From: Heteronotia binoei
Lineage: Eukaryota
Direction of reading: 5' to 3'
NCBI RefSeq assembly: GCF_032191835.1
Contig: NC_083224.1
Location: 17,918,001 to 17,982,000, forward strand
DNA: 64,000 bases
The notes below the pieces were generated by a model. It ran no database searches and was not told the origin of the DNA. It was given only the letters and a program-made list of their open reading frames with translations. The position numbers were made by a program, and so were the translations under genes. Shown here piece by piece: positions 1 through 10,766 of this stretch; the first letter of the stretch is position 1, and the number at the start of each line of letters is the position of its first letter.

Positions 1-642
1 TCTGAGTGTGGGAAGAGATTCAGTGACTCTAGCAGTCTTCAAAAACATTCAAGAACCCACACAGGGGAGAAGCCATTTGAATGCTCAGAGTGTGGGAAGA
101 AATTCAGTGAGAGTGGTCATCTTCAGTGTCATCTACGAACCCACACAGGTGAGACTTTTGACTGCTCAGAGTGTGGGAAGAGATTCAGTCAGGGTAGTAC
201 TCTTCAAAATCATCAAAGAACCCACGGAGGAGAGAAGCTTGTTGAATGTTCAGAGTGTGGGAAGAGATTCAGTGACAATAGCAATCTTCAAAAGCATCTA
301 AAGACCCACACAGGGGAGAAGCCTTTTGAATGCTCGGAGTGTGGGAAGAGATTCATTCACAATTGCAGTCTTCAAAAACATTTAAAAACCCACACGGGGG
401 AGAAGCCTTTTGAATGCTCCGAGTGTGGGAAGAGATTCAGTGAGAAAGGCAATCTTAAACGTCATTTAAGAACCCACACAGGGGAGAAGCTTTTTGAATG
501 CTTAGAGTGTGGGAAGAAATTTAGTCTAATTCGCGGTCTTCTACAGCATCAAAGAACTCACACAGGGGAGAACAGATTCAGTCAGAGTGGCCATCTTGAA
601 CAACATCAAGGAATCCACAAAGGGCAAAAAGTTTATGAATAG
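1..642 (+). CDS. Gene 0: 3' end of a C2H2 zinc-finger array (partial, runs off the window start)
   Basis: Frame 1 is open from base 1 ([28 protein letters not shown]...) to TAG at 640-642, with about 7 fingers and TGEKP-type linkers. It ends [12 protein letters not shown]. The ORF track misses it because it has no start codon. Confidence 0.92.
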   Translation, partial: SECGKRFSDSSSLQKHSRTHTGEKPFECSECGKKFSESGHLQCHLRTHTGETFDCSECGKRFSQGSTLQNHQRTHGGEKLVECSECGKRFSDNSNLQKHLKTHTGEKPFECSECGKRFIHNCSLQKHLKTHTGEKPFECSECGKRFSEKGNLKRHLRTHTGEKLFECLECGKKFSLIRGLLQHQRTHTGENRFSQSGHLEQHQGIHKGQKVYE

Positions 643-721
643 AAAAAGATTAATTCAGTGTGGTTATCTTCAACAACATCTAAGAACTCACCCAAGGAAA
701 AACCATATAACGTCTTAGCCT

Positions 722-1797
722 AGATGTGTTGAACTGAATTGTTACAACAATCTGACAGAGATGTCTCTTTGTTGTGCCAGACCATATGTGCCATCCAACG
801 TAATACCAGGTGGTAGAGATATACAACAACAACAACAACAAATTTTATTTGTATCCCGCCCTCCCCGCCGGAGCAGGCTCAGGGCGGCTAACAACATGGT
901 TCGGAGTTAAATTATACAAGTGAATAAAACTACATTAAACATTATCAGCATTTACTTAAAATCTGATTAAACTTTAAAATTAAATAATTTTTAAAAGTGC
1001 TAGTGCTATGTTTACTTTTTCTGATGGCGGTTTCCTTCGCAATTTCCATTTCGATCAGGGAAAGCCAGTCTGAAGAGGAAGGTCTTGCAGGCCCTGCGGA
1101 ACTGTTCTAGGTCCCGCAGGGCCCGCATTTCCTCTGGAAGTTGGTTCCATAGGCTCGGGGCTACAGAGGAGAAGGCCCGGTTACGGGTGCTTTGCAGCTT
1201 CACCTCTCTCGGTCCGGGGACAGTCAGCAGGTTTTTCCCGGCTGACCTCAGTGCTCTCTGGGGTTCATATGAGGAGAGACGGTCCCTAAGGTAGACAGGT
1301 CCTCGACCATATAGGGTTTTAAAGGTAATGACCAGCACTTTGTAACGAACCCGGTATGTAACTGGCAGCCAGTGCAGTTCGCGCAGCCCAGGCTGTATGT
1401 GCTCCCATTTAGGGAGTCCCAGCAACAGTCTAGCCGCTGCGTTCTGCACCAGTTGCAGCTTCCGGGTTCGGCACAGAGGCAGCCCCATGTAGAGGGCATT
1501 ACATATAAACTTTAGAAAGGACATAGAGATACCCAATTAACAATATTATATTTTACTCAATATACAATCCTACTTCAAGAATGAACAGCTGTATAGTATT
1601 TCCTTTATTTAGCAATCTTTGATAACTGAACCTCTCTTTCTCTGAATTACTGCATCAAACTCTTCTCTTCCACCTCTCCCACAGTTGTGCTGTAGCAATC
1701 TTGAATGTTCTGGTTAGGTGTGTATCTGTAAGCTGAGAATGTACCTTTCATTTATGGACATTTATTCCAGAATAGAGCTGTTCACAGACATATACAC
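722..1797 (-). mobile_element. hAT transposon 3' remnant (terminus plus transposase C-terminus) in the gene 0 3' UTR, split by an L2 insertion
   Basis: Reverse complement of the same sequence seen at 10165-10689, with the L2 inserted at 824-1502. Confidence 0.75.
824..1502 (-). mobile_element. L2-clade LINE, 5'-truncated 3' fragment
   Basis: ORF 1012..1500 (CNALYMGLPLCRTRKLQLVQNAAARLL...FRRACKTFLF) matches the ORF2 C-terminus of the L2 at 14150. It has a (CAA)n tail at 824-840 and an ATATA duplication at 819-823 / 1503-1507. Confidence 0.9.
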
Positions 1798-2589
1798 TGT
1801 GATCACACATAATGCACTTTCAAGAGTCTTCTCCAGCACCACTTCTCAAAAGCATCTATTCTTCTGCGCTCTGCCTTCCCTATGGTTCAGCTCTCACAGC
1901 CATACATTACTACTGGAAATACATGCATATATACACATATAGGTAAAATCGTACATAGGTACATACATACCCATGAACACATATGTACACAGGTATTACC
2001 TTTCTTGTATGTTATGATGTATTCATGGTTTATTAAATGTATTTTCTATACTATGTAAGAGAGAATATTTGTACTTATATAATCAGAATAAATTTTCAGT
2101 GATGGGTCTTCAAAATGGATTCTCTGATACAGAATGGAGAGTTCTCTGAGCTTTCTGAACCCTCTGATACTTAGAGGAAAAACTAAGGGCCCAGAATTGT
2201 GGATAAGGGTCACGTTGACATTTGGTAGTATAAAGGGCTCTTGTTACTGGAAAGGACCCGGAGGAAAAGTCCCTGGGAGAGATCCCTGGTAAATTCCAAG
2301 ATATAGTGATAATTTGGGACTTTCTAGCCAAAAGATAGCCAAAGATGGTCTTATTTTTGATTGGTTAGAAGAGGTGGTCAGACACTTTGGAAAAGTGTAT
2401 AAAATAGGAGGAAAATTCAGTGAAGGTAGGAGCCTTTGGGGAAACCTTCTCTATCTCTTCATAGCCAACCACCTGAAGACCCTAGGAGAGGTGAGATGAA
2501 CTGCTCTTGCTGCTATTCACATAATGGCTTTGTTTTTCCTAATGTAATAGGCTAGATAAGTTTAGCAATAGGGAAGATTGTAGATTGTA

Positions 2590-2719
2590 AATTATTATTT
2601 CTTGACCGGAACACCAGTCCAATAAATTCTTATGACTGCAGTTCCTTCAATTTCCGTGGCTGGTATCGTGCAGTCATAAGAATTTATTGGACTGGTGTTC
2701 TAGTCAAGAAATAATAATT
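2590..2719. repeat. Inverted repeat / hairpin with 51-bp arms and a 28-nt loop
   Basis: 2590-2640 is the reverse complement of 2669-2719 with 2 mismatches. Confidence 0.9.
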
Positions 2720-3621
2720 CTCTTTAGAAATTTGTTCTGGATATTGGTGAAAAAGCTGCCTGAAAACGAGAAAACTGCAGGGAAGCCCTTGGCTGACAAA
2801 GATGTGTAACATTGAAACCGGTCCCCCACGGAGTATGGGCTTGCCGTTATAAAAAGAAAAAGTTGGGAGACTACGCTTTGGATACCGACCACAAAGGCTT
2901 TGCTATCAGTAATGAGAGACTTTGTTTATGTAATGATAACTTTTTGATATTGTTATTATAGTGATTTGTATTGTGCTACACAGTGTTGTGTTATTTATCC
3001 TTGTTAAATTTTCAACTGTTTCTTCTATACTTACCGCAGATGACAAGAGGAGGCATTGGTAATGAGACAGGAAACCATGGTCTCGATTCACTCCTGGAGG
3101 ATGTATTGAGTTTTACTATCAGTTGCAATTTGGCAGTCTCTCTAATATTCCTTTGAAATTCCTTTGTAAGAGAAACACTACTCTTAGGTCAGCAATTGAA
3201 TGGCTGGGAAGGTTAAATGTTCCCCCACTGGTTTTTGCATGTTGTGGTTTCTAATGTAAGACTTACATTCATTTATTCTTTGCATCCTCCTGGACCAAAC
3301 TGAGACCTAGGTTTCCTATCTCATTACTAATATTGGTACCTCCACATCTACTACCCCTCTGCATATTACACTTAATCCAATCAAGCTTGCTATTATGATT
3401 CACCTGCTATGGCCATTCAGCATTTGAAATCAACTTAAAAAAATTTATAGCTATACCCAGGTGTTTTTTTGTATAAAAAGCCCAGCAGAAACTCATTTAC
3501 ATATTAGGCCACACCCTCTGACATCACCATAGTTTTGTGCTGTGCTTTTTGTAGGAAAAGCCCAGCAGGAACTCATTTGCATATTAACCCACACATCCCT
3601 GGCACCAAGCCAGCCAGAACT

Positions 3622-3864
3622 GTGTTTGGTGTAGTTGTTAAGTGTGCGGACTCTTATCTGGGAGAACCGGGTTTGATTCCCCACTCCTCCACTTGCACCT
3701 GCTAGCATGGCCTTGGGTCAGCCATAGCTCTGGCAGAGGTTGTCCTTGAAAGGGCAGCTGCTGTGAGAGCCCTCTCCAGCCCCACCCACCTCAGGGTGTC
3801 TGTTGTGGGGGAGGAAGGTAAAGGAGATTGTGAGCCGCTCTGAGACTCTTTGGAGTGGAGGGCG
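3622..3864 (+). mobile_element. Squam3-type (tRNA/MIR-related) SINE running into the gap
   Basis: tRNA-like head (tttggtgtag..ttaag...gtttgattcccc) and body shared with the copies at 4943, 21915, 45376 and 57791. Confidence 0.8.
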
Positions 3865-4044
3865 NNNNNNNNNNNNNNNNNNNNNNNNNNNNNNNNNNNN
3901 NNNNNNNNNNNNNNNNNNNNNNNNNNNNNNNNNNNNNNNNNNNNNNNNNNNNNNNNNNNNNNNNNNNNNNNNNNNNNNNNNNNNNNNNNNNNNNNNNNNN
4001 NNNNNNNNNNNNNNNNNNNNNNNNNNNNNNNNNNNNNNNNNNNN
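3865..4044. other. Assembly gap (180 N)
   Basis: Run of N. Confidence 1.
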
Positions 4045-4148
4045 CTGCTGATACATCATGTTATATTTTGCAACATACATGGCCCAACCCAACAACCTGA
4101 CATTTCTGTCAGATCTGACCCTCGTAGCAAATGAGTTTGACACCCCTG
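4045..4148. mobile_element. Right end of a hAT MITE (terminus ...tttgacacccctg)
   Basis: Same terminal sequence as 48500-48604. Confidence 0.7.
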
Positions 4149-4225
4149 TCCTAGCGTAATGCTCTGACCACTATACCACACTGGCTGTGGTTACAAATCT
4201 TCTCACATCATAATGACTCCACAGC

Positions 4226-4412
4226 AGGGCTTTTTTTTGTAGCAGGAACTCCTTTGCATATTAGGCCACACACTCCTGGTGTAGCCAATCCTCCTGGAGC
4301 TTACAGTTGGTCCTGTACGAAGAACCCTGTAAGCTCTTGGAGGATTGGCTATGTCAGGGCTGTGTGGCCTAATATGCAAAGGAGTTCCTGCAAAAAAAAA
4401 GAAAGAAGCCCT
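4226..4412. mobile_element. Fold-back MITE (agggctttttt...aagccct), probably hAT-derived
   Basis: Almost the whole element is an imperfect palindrome. Related fragments lie at 3465-3620 and 63734-63850. Confidence 0.75.
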
Positions 4413-4942
4413 CCAGAGACAGTCTGTGCCCAGCCGAAAGAAGAAATCTCTCCCAGAAGCAGCAGAGAGATTGAGAACCCTGGAGAAAGTCAGTGCCGTT
4501 CCCTGGCAGGAAGAAGGGAGTGTAGGCATACATGAAACCAACCAGTACTTACAAAAGGGAGGCGGATGACTCGGGCTTGCCTGTAAAGAGCACACTTGCA
4601 AACTGATTTGGGGTTCCCTATGGAGATGGCAATAGCAAGTCTTGCCTCTGCCTGAAACAGCACCTTTCCTGAAAAGGACCAGCTGATAGCGCTGAGACTG
4701 CAGCAAGGAGGTGGAGCCAAGGCTGCTGGGTCACTGGGGTGGCTTTTAGTACCGGGCATTAGCAAGAGGGCTCAGATGGACAGAGAATTGGTTCTGACCC
4801 TGGAACTGAGGCTGTCCCAATAGAATGAGTTGGGGAAAAAAGCTCAGTAAAACTTTAGCACAACGAGTTATCTCAGAACATAACAACAACACAGTTTTTC
4901 ACACTGTGATCTCTGAAACAGGGCCTTAGGGCATTGCACATA

Positions 4943-5208
4943 GAGAGCCAGTTTGGTGTAGTGGTTAAGTGCACGGACACTGGGAGAACCGGGTTTGATT
5001 CCCCAGTTCTCCACTTGCAGTTGCTGGAATGGCAGAGCTGTAGCTCTGGCAGAGCTGTCCTTGAAAAGGCAGCTTCTGCCAGAGCTCTTTCAGTCCCACC
5101 CACCTCACAGGGTGTCTGTTGTGGGGCAGGGGGGGGGAGGTAAAGGAGATTGTGACCGCTCTGAGATTCAGAGTGAAGGGCGGGATATAAATCCAGTATC
5201 TTCTTCTT
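4943..5208 (+). mobile_element. Squam3-type SINE
   Basis: Head gagagccagtttggtgtagtggttaag and L2-like tail gggcgggatataaat. Confidence 0.85.
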
Positions 5209-5559
5209 GTTGGATCCAGTGAGCAGGGCAAAGGAGTGTGGAAGAAGTCTTTTCTTTACGACCCTACCTATTTACCCATTCAATATACTTCAATTCTAAA
5301 GAGTTTTATTGGTTTCAGAAAGATTAAGGGTAGGAGATGGGGGGAATAGAAAACACAATACATTTAGCCTTATTCTGCATAGAAATACTTTTGAAAAATA
5401 CAAGCTTACATCTATAATACTTTCTTTACATAAATTGTCCCATATTATTATGTCTATACTAAACATCATCAACATTTTAAAATGTTATAGTATAAATCTT
5501 TTGTTAAAGTTATCTATTAGTTTTGACAATTCCAGTAAAGGCAATTTTGTAATATAAAA

Positions 5560-5940
5560 TACGGGGGGTGGGGGGAAGAGAAATAAGTTCACACCAGAGA
5601 ATCTTAAGAGTCTGGAGTGTCTAACCAGGCATAAAATTTCATCCAGTATTTCCTTGCTTCTTCTTTAGATCTCCCAGCCATCACCTGGGATAGAAAGTTC
5701 AGTTCTGCTGTTTCCAGAATTTTTCCCACCAAGTGCATTTTCGTGGGAATTTCCTGAGATTTCCATCTCTGCGCCAAGAGAATCCTGGCTGCTGTGTTGA
5801 AATGTGCCAACAAGTGTCTCATTTCTTTGGAATAGTCCTCAGGAAATATATTCAATAAAAATAGTTCTGGTTTGAATTGAATCAGTGTCCTTATAATCTT
5901 CTGTAATATTTCATGCACCATACCCGTTCAATATACTTAC
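5560..5940 (-). mobile_element. L1/Tx1-like LINE ORF2 C-terminal fragment
   Basis: ORF 5604..5921 (TAARILLAQRWKSQEIPT...WMKFYAWL) resembles the conserved C-terminus of L1-clade ORF2. Confidence 0.65.
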
Positions 5941-6284
5941 AAAGTCCTTCTCCCTGCAGAAATGTGGAGGCTGAGACTTTCCCTTATGGCTGTTTAAAAA
6001 TGACCTTTATACAGATGGAAGTACCATCCCAGCCTTAGGAACAAAGCACACATCTGCTGGATATGCTATTTAGGGGGTCTTTACTCACACAGAGGAATTC
6101 ATTTTATGGGAAAGAACATTTTTCCCAGCAGCAGAGAATACAGCCCAACAAATTGAATGGCTGGCAGTTCTGGAAAAGGCAAATTCCACTCATTTAGGCG
6201 CACACACACACACACACACACCCCTGCCGTAGTAATATATAAAAACACCATTTACACAGACTGCGCTGGTGCCAACTGAATACT

Positions 6285-6530
6285 GCGGTCAGGAAGTTCT
6301 TCATAATGTTGAGCCGGAAACTCTTTTGATTTAATTTCAACTCATGGGTTCTGGTCCTACCTTCTGAGGCCACAGAAAACAATTCTACACCATCCTCTAT
6401 ATGACAGCTCTTCAAGGACTTGAAGATGGTGATCGTATCACTTCTCAGCTGCCTCCTCTCCAGGCTAAACATGCCCAGCTCTTTCAACCTTTCCTCATAG
6501 GACTTGGTCTCCAGACCCCTCACCCCTTTC
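6285..6530 (-). mobile_element. CR1 LINE ORF2 fragment
   Basis: GLETKSYEERLKELGMFSLERRQLRSD...EGRTRTHELKL is the typical CR1 C-terminus. Confidence 0.85.
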
Positions 6531-6673
6531 ATTTTTTTCACATTTTCCTTTGATTGATTGGGGATTTTGAACTTAAGACTTCCCAGAGAGTAGGCTGTTA
6601 CTGATCATTGTACACATGGTTGTCTCTCTGTTCCAGTTCATAAGAGCTGCAGTTATTCGTCTAGGGAACGCTA

Positions 6674-7578
6674 AAAAGGTAAAGGTAGTCTGCTGTGCAA
6701 GCACCAGTCGCATCATGATGTTTTCATGGCAGACTTTTTACAGAGTGGTTTGCCGTTGCCTTCCCCAGTCATCTACACTTCCCTGCCCCCCCCCCCAGCA
6801 AGCTGGGTACTCATTTTACCAACCTCGGAGGGAAGGCTGAGTCAACCTTGAGCCGGCTACCTGAACCCAGCTTTCGCCAGGATCGAACTCAAGTCATGAG
6901 CAGAGAGTTCAGACTGCAGTACTGCAGCTCTACCACTCTGCGCCACAGGGCTCTCTTAACTCACAAATAAAGGTAAAGGTAGCCCCCTGTGCAAGCACCA
7001 GCTGTTTTCAACTCTGGGGTGACGTTGCTTTCACAACGTTTTCACGGCACACTTTTTACGGGGTGCTTTGCCATTGCTTTCCCCAGTCATCTACACTTTC
7101 CCCCCAGCAAGCTGGGTACTCATTTGACCGACCTCGGAAGGATGGAAGGCTGAGTCAACCTGGAGCTGGCTACTTGAACCCAGCTTTCGCCAGGATCGAA
7201 CGCAAGTCGTGAGCAGAGAGTTCAGACTGCAGTACTGCAGCTCTACCACTCTGCGCCACAGGGCTCTCTTAACTCACAAATAAAGGTAAAGGTAGCCCCC
7301 TGTGCAAGCACCAGCTGTTTTCAACTCTGGGGTGACGTTGCTTTCACAATGTTTTCACGGCACACTTTTTACGGGGTGCTTTGCCATTGCTTTCCCCAGT
7401 CATCTACACTTTCCCCCCAGCAAGCTGGGTACTCATTTGACCGACCTCGGAAGGATGGAAGGCTGAGTCAACCTTGAGCCGGCTACCTGAACCCAGCTTT
7501 CGCCAGGATCGAACTCAAGTCGTGAGCAGAGAGTTCAGACTGCAGTACTGCAGCTTTACCACTCTGCGTCACGGGGCT
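6674..7578 (-). mobile_element. Three head-to-tail Sauria SINEs (6674-6953, 6970-7266, 7283-7578)
   Basis: Sauria body (gagtacccagcttgctgg, gactcagccttccatcc) and tail (ggtaaaggtag). Period 313 bp. Confidence 0.9.
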
Positions 7579-10164
7579 GCTCTAGTAAATTAAACACATA
7601 ACCCTCAGTCTATGCCATGGTGCCTTCACATGTTCTTGACCAGCACATGAAGCAGCTTCTGTACGAAAGCTAACAACACCCAGCCATTTCATGTTTTCCT
7701 CTAGGTCATACGATGAAAGCATTGACCATGAGATTTCTGTAATGAATGTCAATAAATCAAAAGGATGTAGGAAGCAACCACACAAGACACGTGTCCTGGG
7801 AGAATTGCTCAGCTTGCAAGCCAGCAGTCTTTATTTTTATAGGAGTCAGGTCTCAGATTGTGTCATAGCAGTCACAAGACTCTTACAAGGGACATGCAAA
7901 ACATTTACCGAAATCTACCATGGCATTTCTCCAGAAATAACTTGTCTCAAGGTGACAGACGTAAGAACATCTCTGTTTCCCCTCATTTCGAAAGTCCCAG
8001 CTGGGCTTTGTCTGGGTAGCTAAACTAACTTGTGATACTCCCATACTTGTGAAAGGTCACAGTGTCAAGGCACCATGCAACAGCTATAGGGTACTACAAA
8101 AGGAAGTTTGCAACTTACAGATACCATAGAGATACCATGGTATCATAGAGTTCCCCCCAAATTCCTAGAGTTTCCTGCAAATTCCTAGAGCGTCCCCACA
8201 TGATGTCACTTTGGGGTGCTGTCATTGTGCTATGCACGTCGGGGGGGGGGGAGTCCCCCGCCAGCAGCTGCGGGGGACTTGGCAACCCTATCTCAAAGGA
8301 GGAGAGCTCAGCCAATGAAGGCAAGGGACGCTTGGCTTAGTTCTCTCCTGCATGAAACAGGAACAAGGAAGAGGGAGCTGGGCAAATGCGAGTTGCAATG
8401 CAGTGGCGGCGGCAGCCCCAGAAAAGGAAGGATGAGAGCCAGTAGCTTGAGAGAAGGATCTGAGGCCTGCAGGGGCTGGGACAAGATAGGATACAGATAA
8501 TCTTCATATTCATCATTTTTAAATGACATCTTATGTTTCTACTTAAAACAGCTGCCCCATGAGACAAAGGTTTTAACATACTATGATGATTTCACCTACC
8601 CTCAGGATTCTGTTGTCTTCTTTGCTGAGCAGCCCCCTTTTTTCTTCTTTGTCTGTCTGTCCCACTCAGCTGTTAGTTTGATAATCGCACACAAGAAGAT
8701 GACAAATCAAAACCATAACCTGTTTTATTTCACTTTTAAGGGCATTGGTCAAGTAGGATTCAGGTTTAGGATTTATCAGATGAACAGGAACAGGAATGGG
8801 GTAACCTCATAGAAATATAAACACCAGCCAGTTTGTCACAAACAAGTAACTGTTCCTGCTATTCAAACAAGTCTTTACAAGCTGACGTTTCTTGGCATTC
8901 TCTGCTTACATAAACAAGCACAAGCTTCTTGGTCTCAAAGACACTTGTTGGTGAAGGAAGGAACATTTCCACAAGCTCCAGTGTCCCTTCTTATTCACTT
9001 TACTGTGTTGAGTACTGTGTGGTGAGTACTGTGATATCGCTTCTGATTTATAGCGATTCTCTGAATTGACATTCTCCAAAACATCCTATATTCAGCTACC
9101 TCTTTGAATATCCTGCATGCCCCAGTAGGGACAGTCATCAGAGGTCGGCATGACTTTCAGATGCACACGCAGACTCACATGCACACACATAAAAATATAA
9201 AAATTCCACACACACCCCATAAAATCGTTAATCCTCTACCAATTTTTTCTCTACCTTCATCTGAAACTGATTCAGATATCCTTACAATGCATTCTGCATA
9301 CAGATGGAAGAGATAGGGAGAAAAAATTCATTGTTGACACCTTTCCAATTGGAAACCTTTCTGCTGGAAATTCATGGCTTGGGAGGAGAAATATACCTGT
9401 TAGGGTGAGGGAAGGTGCTGTTCTTATTTTCTAGGTATCTTTTCCTTGCTTTTCTTCAGGTATCATTTAACTCATCTATGCTTTTGTCCTCAGAACTACT
9501 ATCTTAGGCTGAGAGAACTGGCTCAAAGTCACCTAGCAACCTCTATGGCAGAGTTGGACTTATGAATCTTGGTCACCTAGTTATTAGTCCCCACGCTTGA
9601 ACCTCAGCACCATAGGGTGCAAATGTGTCTTTGTGGAAGGTCAGATCTCTAAGTGAGAATTAACTGCGAGAAAAGGAGTGGAAGTGGACTTGAAATTGGA
9701 GGAGAGTGGATCGGTGTGGATGAATCACACTGAGGTGGTGGGAGAAAAGGGCAGATTTAGGAGGTCTGGTCATCGAGAGGTGGCTGATGAATCTGTGGAG
9801 GCTTCATGATTTTTTTGTGGTTGATGGAGCTATTGTTAAGGGCAGTGTCTCCAGTTTCTTGGAGAGTTTATACTCTATGTGCACGATTTTGGATGAACCT
9901 CTCTACATGGGGAAGAAACCCTGCTTCACAAGCAAAAATGCATCCATGTTTGTGGAGAAAAAAGTTGCTGATCCAGTGTAGTGAGGAAATGTATTTTCAG
10001 AGTGGGAAGAGGACTAGTTAGGCTGAGGAGTGGAGGAAGAGAGATGGACAGGAGAAATTTCTCCAAGGTGGGAGGTATTCTGAAACTAGATTACAAACTG
10101 CAAGTCAGTACACTTGAGGAAATGGGAAACACACTACTCATCACCTACCAATTAAAGGAGTCTA

Positions 10165-10689
10165 CAAATTGCAGGTACATGGGGAAGCAGTGTGATGCTA
10201 TATGGAAGGATACATTTTCTGAAGTTGGCATTAGGAAATTTTATTAGTTTTTTGAGTCCAAATTACCCCCATGTTAAGACTTTTGCTTCTAAAATTCTAT
10301 ATATGTTTGGAACATCTTTGTGAACAGCTCTATTCTGGAATAAATGTCCATAAATTGAGAGTACATTCTCCGCTTACAGATACACACCTAACCAGCACAC
10401 TCAAGATTGCTACAGCACAGTCATTGACTCCAGATTTTGATTCAGTAATTCAGAGAAAGAGATGTCACTTATCAAAGATTGCAAAATAAAGGAAATACTG
10501 TAAGGCTGTTCATTCTTTAAGTACATTTGTATATTGAGTAAAAAATAATATTGTCAATTGGGTTTGCTTATGTTCTTTCTAAAATTTATATCTCTGGTAC
10601 CTGATATTGTACTGTATGGCGCACTGGTCCAGCCCAACAAAGTGACATTTCCATCAGATCATTGTAACAAATGAGTTCAACACCCCTAG
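10165..10689 (+). mobile_element. hAT (Charlie/Buster/SPIN-like) transposase C-terminus plus right terminus, antisense in the gene 1 3' UTR
   Basis: Translates with frameshifts to QCDAIWKDTFSEVGIRKFY...LCEQLYS...HSPLTDTHLTSTLKIATAQSLTPDFD, the hAT dimerisation-domain type seen in GTF2IRD2/SPIN. It ends ...gagttcaacacccct. Confidence 0.8.
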
Positions 10690-10766
10690 GCTATGAAGTT
10701 ACATTGTTTTTCCTTGTGTGGGTACTTAGATGTTGCTGAAGATAACTACACTTACTTAATCTCATT

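Noticed and set aside
2150-2500. Possible L1/Tx1 C-terminal fragment
   Set aside because: The resemblance is too weak to call without a profile search.
3718-4143. ORFs spanning 3865-4044
   Set aside because: Artefacts of translating through the N gap.
9660-10090. Possible ancient L2 fragment on the minus strand (also 28985-29410)
   Set aside because: Only scattered motif-like residues with many stops, so it is not supportable by eye.
10271-10489. hAT remnant as a domesticated transposase gene
   Set aside because: Only the C-terminal part of about 100 codons is present, frameshifted and differently truncated in each copy.
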